DNA from: Candidatus Dormibacteria bacterium
GTDB lineage: Bacteria > Chloroflexota > Dormibacteria > Aeolococcales > Aeolococcaceae
Direction: 5' to 3'
NCBI GenBank assembly: GCA_049964715.1
Contig: JBMFXB010000001.1
Location: forward strand, 34,085 to 98,084
Length of the DNA: 64,000 nt
In this document: piece by piece, positions 28,595 to 37,909 of the stretch
Position numbering within the stretch: position 1 is the stretch's first letter
How the letters are laid out: every line of letters starts with the position of its first letter
The notes under the pieces: model-generated
Databases searched by the model: none
What the model saw: the letters and a program-made list of their open reading frames with translations, nothing else
Told to the model about the DNA's origin: nothing
Translations under genes and position numbers: made by a program

Positions 28595-30906
28595 GCGACA
28601 TCCACCAGCTTCCCGATCATGAACTCTGGGATGCACTGCAAGGAGACCCTGAACTCCTCAATACAGCAGAACGCTTCCGAAAGGCTGTGCAGCATGAGTC
28701 ACCAGATCCCCATTTTGTTGCACAACTCCGAAAGGAACTCCTGCTCAATGCACGGACTCCGCACATCACCACACATCGCAAGACCTCACACCTTCCTGTA
28801 TCTCTGCCGTTTGGGCTGGTTGCTGCAGCAGTAATTCTCTTCGCCCTTGTTGTAGGACTGAACATTCCCATTGGACGGCCAACTCCAGTAGCAACCATTC
28901 TTGCCTCTTCGCCTATAAATGGCAGTACGACTGTTGCACCATCACAGAAGAACATCACTGTTTCCTTCAATGTCCCCATGAATCACGCTTCTGTAGTCCA
29001 GGGCATCCACGTTGAACCAGCCATGGCGGTTACTGCTACATGGCAGGGCAACAGTCTTGTTATCCAGCCTTCTCATCCCCTGGCACCGAATACTCCGTAT
29101 GTCATTTCAATTGAGCCACAGGCACTTGTCACATCATCAGGAGCACATGCATCATCACCAGCAACGATTGCCTTCACAACTGGAAGCACTTCTCCTGCAA
29201 GCATATTGCCATCTCCTGGCACAACACCATCTGTACTATCCACAACCACGCTTGTTTCCATCCTTCCGACAGCACAATACAGCATAGGTGTCAATGACCA
29301 TGTGCTCGTTTCTGGAGCTGCAGGAACATCTTCAAATTCTCCTTCTGCACAACCATCCCCGTCCCCCTCTTCCAGTGCCTTAGGAAATCCCTCTCCAAGC
29401 AGCACAGTTGGCACTGCAGTCCCATCCGGATCATTTCTTACACCCGGTGTGTCTGGCGCACCATCCCCTATTGCTGGAAGTCTCATTGATGTTTCTCTTT
29501 CCGGAACATCCTCTCCCTCAGTGCTTGCACCCCAATCACTCACAGCAGTGCGGTCCCCTGACGGAACGACATACGCAGTCCTTGTCCCAGGTGCAAACGG
29601 AACGACTTCCCTTGAGCTGCTTTCCTCGTCTGGAGGACAGCCAACAAAAACGCCCGTTCAGGCAAGTGCGGCATCATTTCTCGACTGGACACTTACGAAC
29701 GGCATCCTCTATGAAAATGGGAACGTTCTCATGTCCTACTCTCCTGTTTCTGCAAGCATTACTCCTCTTGCCATACTTCCCAGTGATGCAACTGCAACAT
29801 GCGCTCCTTTCCGCCCTCTCTGTGCAGTTGTACCATCCCTTGCCACATCACCTGCCACTCCCTCCACAGCCCCCACTGGAGTAATCACGCTTCACCTTGG
29901 TGACCTGTTCAATGCCACAACCGGTAGCGTGCGTCAGCTTCCTGCTGGATCGTCAGTCGCCTTCAGTGATGACGGTTCCCACATGATTGTTCTTTCACAT
30001 ACCTCGCTAAGCACAGCCCTTACTTCCTCACCAGGTGTGCGCACTCCGTTGCCTGTAAACATTGTTGGTACACCTGAATCCACAGGAAACGATCTCGCAA
30101 TTTCGAATAGTGGTACAGCCATCGCGTACACTACGCAAACACAAGCTGGCTATGAAACGGTTGTTGCCACCACATCAGGAACAGTACTTGGAAGTATCTC
30201 TGGTGCCACTGGTCCTCTTTTTAATGCACTTGGCACGAAGCTTGTCGCACAAACTTCGAATATTCTTTCCCAGACAGCTGAACTCATTTCCGCACCCCTT
30301 CCCATTGTTGCCGAAGCGACATGGCCAGTTGACCCATCTGCACTCACCCTGATCAATGATGTCATCTCTGCACAGACAGGGCACGGTTCTCCTGCCTCAT
30401 ATCCAGCACTTGCATCAATTCAGCAAGATCCAGTCATTGATTCTGGCATGATTCTGCAGGCCCAACCTGTCTCAGCAACAGAGATTCAAGCGAACCTCCG
30501 TTTCACTGGTCTACCCTCATCATCATTCCCATATGGTGCAGTGCAGTTTGAACAGATCACCATACTTAAGGCAGCCGGAAAATGGACTCTCGCAACTGCG
30601 CATGCAACTGCTGTGACTGGTCTGTCAAATGGGCCCCATGTGCTTACAGAGTACCCAATCAATGCAAATGCCATTGCACTCGTCATCGATGGTGATCTCG
30701 TCCCAAGCTCTGTTCCTGCTGCTGTCTCCCTCCAAGAGAACGGAAAAATACTTCCTGCAGTCGTGAGCTATGACGCATCAGCACATACGATTCTTGTGAC
30801 TGCTGAATCACCAATTCCGCAAGGAGCAACTGTTGTTGTCTCAACGTCATTGCAGGATACGAACGGCTCGGACTTTGCAGCACCTTTGGCTCTCAAAGTG
30901 TCGTAA
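28591..30906 (+). CDS. Anti-sigma factor (N-terminal cytoplasmic domain + single TM) with ~670-aa extracellular Ser/Thr/Pro/Ala-rich domain. Translationally coupled to the sigma gene (ATGA)
   Basis: ATGA overlap at 28591-28594. TM LPFGLVAAAVILFALVVGL. Long low-complexity extracytoplasmic region with Ig-like segments. Confidence 0.6.
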   Translation: MSDIHQLPDHELWDALQGDPELLNTAERFRKAVQHESPDPHFVAQLRKELLLNARTPHITTHRKTSHLPVSLPFGLVAAAVILFALVVGLNIPIGRPTPVATILASSPINGSTTVAPSQKNITVSFNVPMNHASVVQGIHVEPAMAVTATWQGNSLVIQPSHPLAPNTPYVISIEPQALVTSSGAHASSPATIAFTTGSTSPASILPSPGTTPSVLSTTTLVSILPTAQYSIGVNDHVLVSGAAGTSSNSPSAQPSPSPSSSALGNPSPSSTVGTAVPSGSFLTPGVSGAPSPIAGSLIDVSLSGTSSPSVLAPQSLTAVRSPDGTTYAVLVPGANGTTSLELLSSSGGQPTKTPVQASAASFLDWTLTNGILYENGNVLMSYSPVSASITPLAILPSDATATCAPFRPLCAVVPSLATSPATPSTAPTGVITLHLGDLFNATTGSVRQLPAGSSVAFSDDGSHMIVLSHTSLSTALTSSPGVRTPLPVNIVGTPESTGNDLAISNSGTAIAYTTQTQAGYETVVATTSGTVLGSISGATGPLFNALGTKLVAQTSNILSQTAELISAPLPIVAEATWPVDPSALTLINDVISAQTGHGSPASYPALASIQQDPVIDSGMILQAQPVSATEIQANLRFTGLPSSSFPYGAVQFEQITILKAAGKWTLATAHATAVTGLSNGPHVLTEYPINANAIALVIDGDLVPSSVPAAVSLQENGKILPAVVSYDASAHTILVTAESPIPQGATVVVSTSLQDTNGSDFAAPLALKVS

Positions 30907-31214
30907 AGGCAGTGCAGGCGCCTGACCGTCATTCACATTTACTTTTTTCGTTATCGGGAAGCACCTTATTTTTCCAAGCTGACGACTACTGCAATTACGA
31001 AAGTGGTTGCTGCACAGTCGTGATTCATACACTGCTTGATGCCACGCAGGAGGGCTGCATACAAAAAGGCGGATTGTAAATGCCTAAAGCAGCCCACCTT
31101 AATCCTCACAAAGAATTCACAGCTATCGCTCGAACTGTATATTGCAAACTTTGTCCTTGATTTTTCCTACGTGATTGGTTTTTATTCTTCACTGACGAAC
31201 ATCGTCACCAATAC

Positions 31215-31766
31215 TTGATAATCTCCGGTAAACTTTCTGCAGTTTCCATGTGTCACAAAGTTATGTACGTAAATCAGCATTCCCCTTGCATTTTTCGCAC
31301 GTTACTATCCAATGGTTGGCTACTTCTGGCCACACTTGGAGTGCTTTTCTGGTGTACTTCTTGTGCAGGAATGCCTGCGCAGCATATTGCCAAAGCACAA
31401 TCCCCGGTTCCACATGCATCGGCGAATTCATTCCCCAATCACTCCCTGGCTTCCCTTCCTGCAACTCCACAATCTGCACCCCCACATAGTGTTGAGTTCT
31501 CTGGTGTCATAACCTCTGATTCCTGTGCAACCTCGTCAATTCCTATAGGGGATGTTGGGTGCTCGATAACAATCAGCAACACGCAGACTGTCTACGTTAT
31601 CCATGGAAATGCCTACAGCCCTTTACCTTGGGGGAGACTGCTTGGATTCACCTCAATATTCCACAACGAATCTGGCCATACCGTTGTTGTATTTGCTCAC
31701 AAACTGAGTCCCACCACATTTACGCTCCAGGGTTCAGTCTCGTATTTTGTTGACCTGACTTCATAA
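31215..31766 (+). CDS. Hypothetical secreted protein (signal peptide)
   Basis: Hydrophobic N-region WLLLATLGVLFWCTSCAG followed by a polar mature region. The start is uncertain. Confidence 0.35.
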   Translation: MIISGKLSAVSMCHKVMYVNQHSPCIFRTLLSNGWLLLATLGVLFWCTSCAGMPAQHIAKAQSPVPHASANSFPNHSLASLPATPQSAPPHSVEFSGVITSDSCATSSIPIGDVGCSITISNTQTVYVIHGNAYSPLPWGRLLGFTSIFHNESGHTVVVFAHKLSPTTFTLQGSVSYFVDLTS

Positions 31767-31886
31767 GCTGCTCCCTGAGTGAGAAGAGGCATGGAATGAA
31801 TCCTCTCAAGTTCGCCACTTGCATGGTTGAAAGCACGTACATTTTTTGCTTCATCTCATCCACATGGCAATCCGCACATGAACCCC

Positions 31887-32516
31887 CTACGTATGGCTCA
31901 CAATCCAGCACATTCGAGCAATCGCAATACGTACTGTTCCATCCGGAAGCACTGTTCCGTCACACGACTGTGCAAGTTCCATATTTGAGAGCTTCTTCAG
32001 AGCATCACCATTGGCATGAACATGTGAATCTTCCATGATCTGTACATACTCTGCTGCATGCCGGAGTACCACAGTGTCTCGAAGTGACAGTGTGTCAGTG
32101 CCAGAAAACGCAAGTGGAGAATTCGGGAGCCCAAGCTCTTCGTGGAAGAAGGCATCGGCTCGTCCAACATCGTGCGAAAGTTGATATTTTATGCTCCACG
32201 AATCAGGAAGTAGGGGTTCTCCAGGCTCATCTCCCACTAGTACTGTCCATGTTCGTCCTGATACATCAGGATTTGTCTCACACCGGATGTGCCCAGCATG
32301 CGGCAGGCCAGCACGGGCTGCATTCCAGCGGTCCTGTTTCTCTTTTGTGGTCACATGAATAACTATTTCCTCAAGGGTAGTACCCCCCATCCGGACAAGA
32401 GTCAGTGCAGGAATGATTGAGCCGACATTTGTTATCCACATTGCTCGAGCACTTCTGAGATTATCTATGGACTCAATAAGTGGAGCAACGCATGCACGAT
32501 CATACAATATGCCCAT
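31887..32516 (-). CDS. Hypothetical protein (no family recognised) adjacent to the biotin carboxylase genes
   Basis: 235-aa ORF. Start placed at an internal Met to avoid a 59-bp overlap with the upstream gene. Confidence 0.4.
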   Translation of the reverse strand: MGILYDRACVAPLIESIDNLRSARAMWITNVGSIIPALTLVRMGGTTLEEIVIHVTTKEKQDRWNAARAGLPHAGHIRCETNPDVSGRTWTVLVGDEPGEPLLPDSWSIKYQLSHDVGRADAFFHEELGLPNSPLAFSGTDTLSLRDTVVLRHAAEYVQIMEDSHVHANGDALKKLSNMELAQSCDGTVLPDGTVRIAIARMCWIVSHT

Positions 32517-32535
32517 GGCTGCATCCTCTGGAAGA

Positions 32536-33981
32536 CTATCCCCGCTGCACTGCAGCAACTGCTGCAATGACTGCTGCCCGTTTCCTCGGATCATCCACTA
32601 GATCCTGTACATTTCGTGAGGCATCCCATGCATTCGCAATGGCCACGAGCTCTGGGTGTTCCTCGATAAAAGCTGTTGTGTAGTTGCCCTTGCGGAACTC
32701 TTCGTTCTGCATTACTGCAGCATGATAGGGAATGTTCGTAGTCATTCCAGTAACAACGTACTCATAGAGTGCTCGTTCCATCCGGTGGATTGCCTGTTCC
32801 CGGTTACTGCCCCATACTATGAGTTTTGCGACCATGGGATCATAGTGGGGAGATACTGTACCTGGACCTGCAAGTGCACTGTCCACACGCACTCCAGGGC
32901 CCTCTGGTGCATGGTACCCACGGACAGTACCTGGTGATGGCAGGAATCCCTGGGCGTACGCTTCTGCGTTGATCCTGCATTCAATTGCATGACCAGTGCG
33001 ATGGATATCCTTCTGAGTGAAGGGGAGCTTCTCTCCTGAGGCAACCCTGAACTGTGTCTCCACAAGATCTATGCCCGTCACAGCTTCTGTAATGGGATGT
33101 TCTACCTGAAGTCGGGTGTTCATCTCAAGAAAAAAGAATTCTCCTCGGCTGAAGATGAATTCAACAGTTCCTGCATTGACATACCCAACGGCTGCTCCTG
33201 CCTTGACTGCTGCAGCTCCCATTTGTTCACGAAGCTCGTCAGTGATGACCACAGACGGAGTCTCTTCAATTATCTTCTGATGCCTTCTCTGAATTGAGCA
33301 TTCCCGTTCACCGAGATGAACAACATTGCCATGTGTATCTGCAATGATCTGGATTTCGATGTGGCGTGGCTCAGCAACATACCGTTCAAGGAAGAGAGCA
33401 CCGTTTCCGAATGCACGAAGGGCCTGACTCTGGGCTGTCTCGAAAAGTCGTGAAAGCTCTTCCGGAGTCGTAGCGACATGCATGCCAATGCCGCCACCAC
33501 CTGCACTCGCTTTGAGGAGAATTGGATAGCCAACAGTCTCTGCAACTGATTGTGCTTCCTCAACTGATGTGAGGAAGCCACTGCCAGGAACAATGGGAAC
33601 TCCGGCAACACGCATCCGTTCACGAGCACTTACCTTGTCACCCATCGATTCGATTGCTTCTGGAGTAGGGCCAATGAACGTTATCCCAGCATCACGACAT
33701 GCTGCAGAAAACTTTGCGTTCTCACTCAAGAAGCCATACCCTGGGTGGATTGCCTCAACTCCGGATTTCTTTGCCACATCAAGGATGGCATCAATATTGA
33801 GATACGACTGCTGCGGTTGCGGGGGACCAATGCAGTATGCCTCATCCGCAAGAGCTACAAAGGGGGCCCTTGCATCTGCCTCGCTGTACACAGCAACACT
33901 TCTAATACCAAGGTCCCTGGCACCACGAATGATTCTGCAGGCTATTTCGCCCCTGTTGGATACGAGAACAGATGACAGCAT
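32536..33981 (-). CDS. Biotin carboxylase subunit (pyruvate carboxylase subunit A / acyl-CoA carboxylase biotin carboxylase)
   Basis: MLSSVLVSNRGEIACRIIRGARDLGIRSVAVYSEADARAPFV. ATP-grasp domain. Length 481 aa. Confidence 0.9.
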   Translation of the reverse strand: MLSSVLVSNRGEIACRIIRGARDLGIRSVAVYSEADARAPFVALADEAYCIGPPQPQQSYLNIDAILDVAKKSGVEAIHPGYGFLSENAKFSAACRDAGITFIGPTPEAIESMGDKVSARERMRVAGVPIVPGSGFLTSVEEAQSVAETVGYPILLKASAGGGGIGMHVATTPEELSRLFETAQSQALRAFGNGALFLERYVAEPRHIEIQIIADTHGNVVHLGERECSIQRRHQKIIEETPSVVITDELREQMGAAAVKAGAAVGYVNAGTVEFIFSRGEFFFLEMNTRLQVEHPITEAVTGIDLVETQFRVASGEKLPFTQKDIHRTGHAIECRINAEAYAQGFLPSPGTVRGYHAPEGPGVRVDSALAGPGTVSPHYDPMVAKLIVWGSNREQAIHRMERALYEYVVTGMTTNIPYHAAVMQNEEFRKGNYTTAFIEEHPELVAIANAWDASRNVQDLVDDPRKRAAVIAAVAAVQRG

Positions 33982-33984
33982 GAA

Positions 33985-35859
33985 CTACTCCACAAGCACT
34001 ACTGGATCGTCAGGCTTCACGACACTACCTTCCTTGACATACACATCCTTGATGATGCCATCCCTTGTCGCAACGATATCGTTTTGCATTTTCATTGCTT
34101 CCAGTACAGCTACGACATCCCCCATCTTCACCTTTGCTCCGACAGTAGCATGCACCTTGAGGATGAGACCTTGCATGGGAGCCACGACAGTCCCTTCCTT
34201 TCGCTTCCCACTTGCTGGTTTCGAAGAAGGTGGGGATGCACTGCCTTCAACAATGGCTGCAACACCGGAACGTTCCAGGATACGAACGTGGTATGTTTCC
34301 CCATCGACTTCAACTGTCATCTCCTCGAAGGACTCCTCTTCAACCATTTCCTCAATGGGTGAATCTCCTTCGGACGATGCAGTCTCTGGGGCGCTTTCAG
34401 AAGCTGGCTCCTCTTCCTCTTCGACAACATCGTCAGGGAGTCGTTCAGGAATGAGTTCTCCACGTGCAAATGCAATATACAGATTTGGATACATTGCGTA
34501 CATCACAATTGATGCATCTGTCACAGGCACATCTTCTGCAGAAAGCATTTTCCTCGCCTGAGGAATACCTGGCTCAAGAACATCCGCAGGTCGACAGGTG
34601 ATTGGCTCTTCCATGCCATTCACTGTCCGCTCAACAGACGAGCTTATTTTTCCAAGCGGGTGACCATAGAGGCCAAGGAAGTAGTCCTTGATCTCCTGCG
34701 AAATCTGTACGTATCGATCTCCCTCGACTATGTTGTATGTCGCCTGCATGGCAATGATTTCCCGAAGAGGAGTTACCCAACCTGGCTCCCCCATATCCTC
34801 ACTCACTGCAGCTGCCTCCTTTGCAATGGCAGCAAGCCGTTCAGCACTGAGTTCCTCCAGTGACTGGAGATGCTCGAGTACAGCAGGAATACTGCTCACA
34901 GGAAGTGCACCCTCGAGTGGTGCTGTATCGTGCCTCCACCGAAATGGATCAAGCACATCTTCATACAGGCCAAGGATCGATACGGTTGCTTCCTCTGCAG
35001 CATGTCGTGCTTCTGTATCTCCAACAGCAAAGCTGACCTTCGACTCGAGTCCATGAATTACGGGTTCAACTGCTGGTGCAGATGCTGCACTTGAGAGGGA
35101 GGGAAGGCACGTATCAATGAACGTAGCTCCGGCATCAATGGCACCTGCATATGCGAGCGGTGCAATCCCTGTAAGCATCGATGATGCAATGCCACATGGA
35201 ACACCTACTTGCTTAACACATGTGGCAACGACTTCCTTTGCCTGATGCTCACTGAGGACTCCCAATGGATCGTAAACGGTAATTCGCTCACATCCTGCTT
35301 CAGACATTGCCTTAGCCGTTGCAGCAAGCTTCTTTGTTGTATACGACGAAGTGGGATTGTAGACAACGAATCCATCCACATGCTGTCCTGCATGCCGAGC
35401 TTGCTCTATGAGGTATCTGACTGAGTCGAGGTTGTTGAGACTGTCGTACACCCGAATCCAGTCAACTCCACGATTGTGAAGTTCCTTCACGATCATGTTG
35501 ATTACATCGTCTGGCAGGTGGTGGTGACTGAATCCCACCTGGCCCCCGAGTGTCACCATCATAGGTGTACTTGAGATCGCTGCACGTAGTTCGCTGAGCC
35601 GCTCAAATGGATCTTCTCCCAAAAAGCGGAGAGATGCCTCAAATGCTGCACTTCCCATGACATCGAGGGCAGCAAAACCGCATCCATCAAGGGCACGTGC
35701 TATCTGCACTGCATGGCGGGTACGGAGACGACTCACCAGTAGGGCTTCCTGTCCCCACCGGAGGGATGTATCGATGAGAGATATCTGGTTCATGTCTTGC
35801 ATTGTACCGGAGCGTTCTAGTGTTCCTTGATTTTTCCTACTGGACAACGTTGCTGTCAC
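33985..35859 (-). CDS. Carboxyltransferase 5S subunit with C-terminal biotinyl (BCCP) domain (pyruvate carboxylase subunit B / oxaloacetate decarboxylase alpha-like)
   Basis: ISLIDTSLRWGQEALLVSRLRTRHAVQIARALDGCGFAALDVMGSAAFEA (HMGL-like TIM barrel). C-terminal biotinylation motif VLEAMKMQNDI. Confidence 0.85.
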   Translation of the reverse strand: MTATLSSRKNQGTLERSGTMQDMNQISLIDTSLRWGQEALLVSRLRTRHAVQIARALDGCGFAALDVMGSAAFEASLRFLGEDPFERLSELRAAISSTPMMVTLGGQVGFSHHHLPDDVINMIVKELHNRGVDWIRVYDSLNNLDSVRYLIEQARHAGQHVDGFVVYNPTSSYTTKKLAATAKAMSEAGCERITVYDPLGVLSEHQAKEVVATCVKQVGVPCGIASSMLTGIAPLAYAGAIDAGATFIDTCLPSLSSAASAPAVEPVIHGLESKVSFAVGDTEARHAAEEATVSILGLYEDVLDPFRWRHDTAPLEGALPVSSIPAVLEHLQSLEELSAERLAAIAKEAAAVSEDMGEPGWVTPLREIIAMQATYNIVEGDRYVQISQEIKDYFLGLYGHPLGKISSSVERTVNGMEEPITCRPADVLEPGIPQARKMLSAEDVPVTDASIVMYAMYPNLYIAFARGELIPERLPDDVVEEEEEPASESAPETASSEGDSPIEEMVEEESFEEMTVEVDGETYHVRILERSGVAAIVEGSASPPSSKPASGKRKEGTVVAPMQGLILKVHATVGAKVKMGDVVAVLEAMKMQNDIVATRDGIIKDVYVKEGSVVKPDDPVVLVE

Positions 35860-36842
35860 CCAAAGAAGACGGAACGCCGATCCATAAGCTGCTTCCTGAG
35901 CCCGTCCTGGATTGTTCTCCGTACGAGTTCAGTCACATCCATGATGTCTGCTGCACGTGAAGCACCAGTCGAGACAAGCGTGTCTGTCTGAATTGGCGGA
36001 TGGAAATGAATACTCCACTTGCTTGGTAGAGGAACAAGCCCAAGAGGTCCAAGAAGGGGAAGAGTTGGAGTAATCGGAACATACGGGACACCCATGAGTT
36101 TGTTGAGATATGGGACCTCACCGAGCATGGGATACGTCTCTTCTGAGCCTACGACTGAGACAGGAATGATTGGAACATGGGCACGTGCAGCAGCTTCTAC
36201 AAATCCACCTCGACCAAACCTGCGCAATCGATATCGCTCGGAAAACGGCTTGCCTGTTCCCCGGATGCCTTCCGGAAAGACAAGGACGAGTTGATGTCCA
36301 GAAAGGAGCCGGAACGTATCATCCGGATGTCCAAGAGTTTGTCCTGCCCTGCGAATGAACCAGGATAGAAATGGCGTATTGAACATCCAGTCTGCAACGA
36401 GTGCCCGGACATGACGACTTGGACCCTCTGAGAGGACTGCAACCTTGATCATTGCTGCATCAAAGGGGAAAACTCCTGCATGGTTACTCACAAGGAGTGC
36501 ACCTCCCTCAAGAGGAATGTTCTCCACACCACTCACATCAACACGCCAGTAGTGATCATAGACGAGCTTCGCTAGAGGAAGGATCGTCTCTGTCCATACA
36601 GGGTCAAAACCAAAGTCATCAGTTGTATATTCGCCTTTGGTTCTCCTCTCATGCAGCTCAGCAAGTTCAGTTCTCATAGACCTGAGCATGTCGAATACAG
36701 CACTACGCTCCGTACTGTTCTTGCGAGGGGCTGTCTTGCGGGAGGTCCCTGAGCGGGATGCCTTTCGTCCAATTACCGTTTGCTCAGTCACGATGCGATC
36801 CTCCCTGATGTTCAAGCACCTGCTGTGCCATGTTCTTGGCAT
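35856..36842 (-). CDS. Lysophospholipid acyltransferase (PlsC/LPLAT family)
   Basis: NHAGVFPFD (HxxxxD) and FPEGIRG motifs. The start may be the internal MLRSMRTELAELHERR. Confidence 0.75.
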   Translation of the reverse strand: MPRTWHSRCLNIREDRIVTEQTVIGRKASRSGTSRKTAPRKNSTERSAVFDMLRSMRTELAELHERRTKGEYTTDDFGFDPVWTETILPLAKLVYDHYWRVDVSGVENIPLEGGALLVSNHAGVFPFDAAMIKVAVLSEGPSRHVRALVADWMFNTPFLSWFIRRAGQTLGHPDDTFRLLSGHQLVLVFPEGIRGTGKPFSERYRLRRFGRGGFVEAAARAHVPIIPVSVVGSEETYPMLGEVPYLNKLMGVPYVPITPTLPLLGPLGLVPLPSKWSIHFHPPIQTDTLVSTGASRAADIMDVTELVRRTIQDGLRKQLMDRRSVFFG

Positions 36843-37890
36843 GCTGCCTTCCCTTGGAGCGAAGGAACTCTTCTAGCTGTGCCTCGTACACATATGGTGT
36901 CTGTTCTTCCTGCAGCTTCCGTGTGCGGTATTGCCGTGAAAAGAGTGCAGCTGCTTCGAGAGTCGTGTACTGCGATTTTGTGCCCCATGTCCGCTCCCAG
37001 AGATGGCCATCAACTGCCCAGCCATATTGGATAAGTCGGAGGAAGTGGGGAGGAAACAGGCTACTCAAAAGCCGGAGTGCTGTTTGGACGAATACTTCCT
37101 GGCCAGCAAACGGGATGATTGGAAGCGTCATCTTTCCCATTAGTTCGATGAGCTGACTGAGTGGAATAACCCCACGTGGCGCAACATTGAACAGTCCGCT
37201 CTTCGGCACGAGTGTTGCTTTCGCCAGTGCATCAAGAGCATCTTCCTGGTGCATGACCTGCACTACAGGATCGAAGCCGAGCATTGTCGGAACTGCAGGA
37301 AGGGCAAGATACTCTGTCATGAGTGATTCAGAATCCGGCCCAATTACCTCACAGAAGCGGAGTATAGATACCTCCGTGTTCGGCTGCAAAGCCTTGTATT
37401 CATTGACATACCGCTCTGCCTCACGAAGGTCACGCTCATACCAGGTCCGGGGTGTTGCAGGTAGGGCCATACCTTCTGACCACAATGCAGGATTCTTTGG
37501 TCCTCCGCCATAAATAGCCGTGTCGGAAAGGACAACAACATTTCTGACAGGACTATCCGTTCCCGCGCATCCTGCAAGTACATTCATTGTGCCTATGACG
37601 TTTGCATCATGGAGGTGCCGCACATTGTGACGTGTGGTATTTCCTGACATGGTGGCATGGACAACTGTATCGATTTCGAGTTTTCGGACAAGCTTTCTAA
37701 TGAGCGAATGAGTAAGATCCGACTGAATGATGTCTGTTCTTGCAAGCTCACGTACTGGACCATTTCGGTCCACTGCAACAATGAGATCCACATCAGGATG
37801 TCTCTCAAGAATTGCTGCAAGTCCTGTTCCGAGAAACCGGGAGATACCCGTAATGAGGATTCGCCTTCCCTGTCCTTCTTCCCCTGCCAT
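36784..37890 (-). CDS. NAD-dependent epimerase/dehydratase (extended SDR)
   Basis: ILITGISRFLGTGLAAIL Rossmann motif. 3' overlap with the acyltransferase ORF. Confidence 0.7.
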   Translation of the reverse strand: MAGEEGQGRRILITGISRFLGTGLAAILERHPDVDLIVAVDRNGPVRELARTDIIQSDLTHSLIRKLVRKLEIDTVVHATMSGNTTRHNVRHLHDANVIGTMNVLAGCAGTDSPVRNVVVLSDTAIYGGGPKNPALWSEGMALPATPRTWYERDLREAERYVNEYKALQPNTEVSILRFCEVIGPDSESLMTEYLALPAVPTMLGFDPVVQVMHQEDALDALAKATLVPKSGLFNVAPRGVIPLSQLIELMGKMTLPIIPFAGQEVFVQTALRLLSSLFPPHFLRLIQYGWAVDGHLWERTWGTKSQYTTLEAAALFSRQYRTRKLQEEQTPYVYEAQLEEFLRSKGRQHAKNMAQQVLEHQGGSHRD

Positions 37891-37909
37891 GCTCCTTCCT
37901 CCGATTTCC

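Noticed and set aside
33569-34561. 330-aa plus-strand ORF
   Set aside because: It is antisense across the biotin carboxylase / carboxyltransferase genes, and its Ser/Thr/Ala-rich sequence has no domains.
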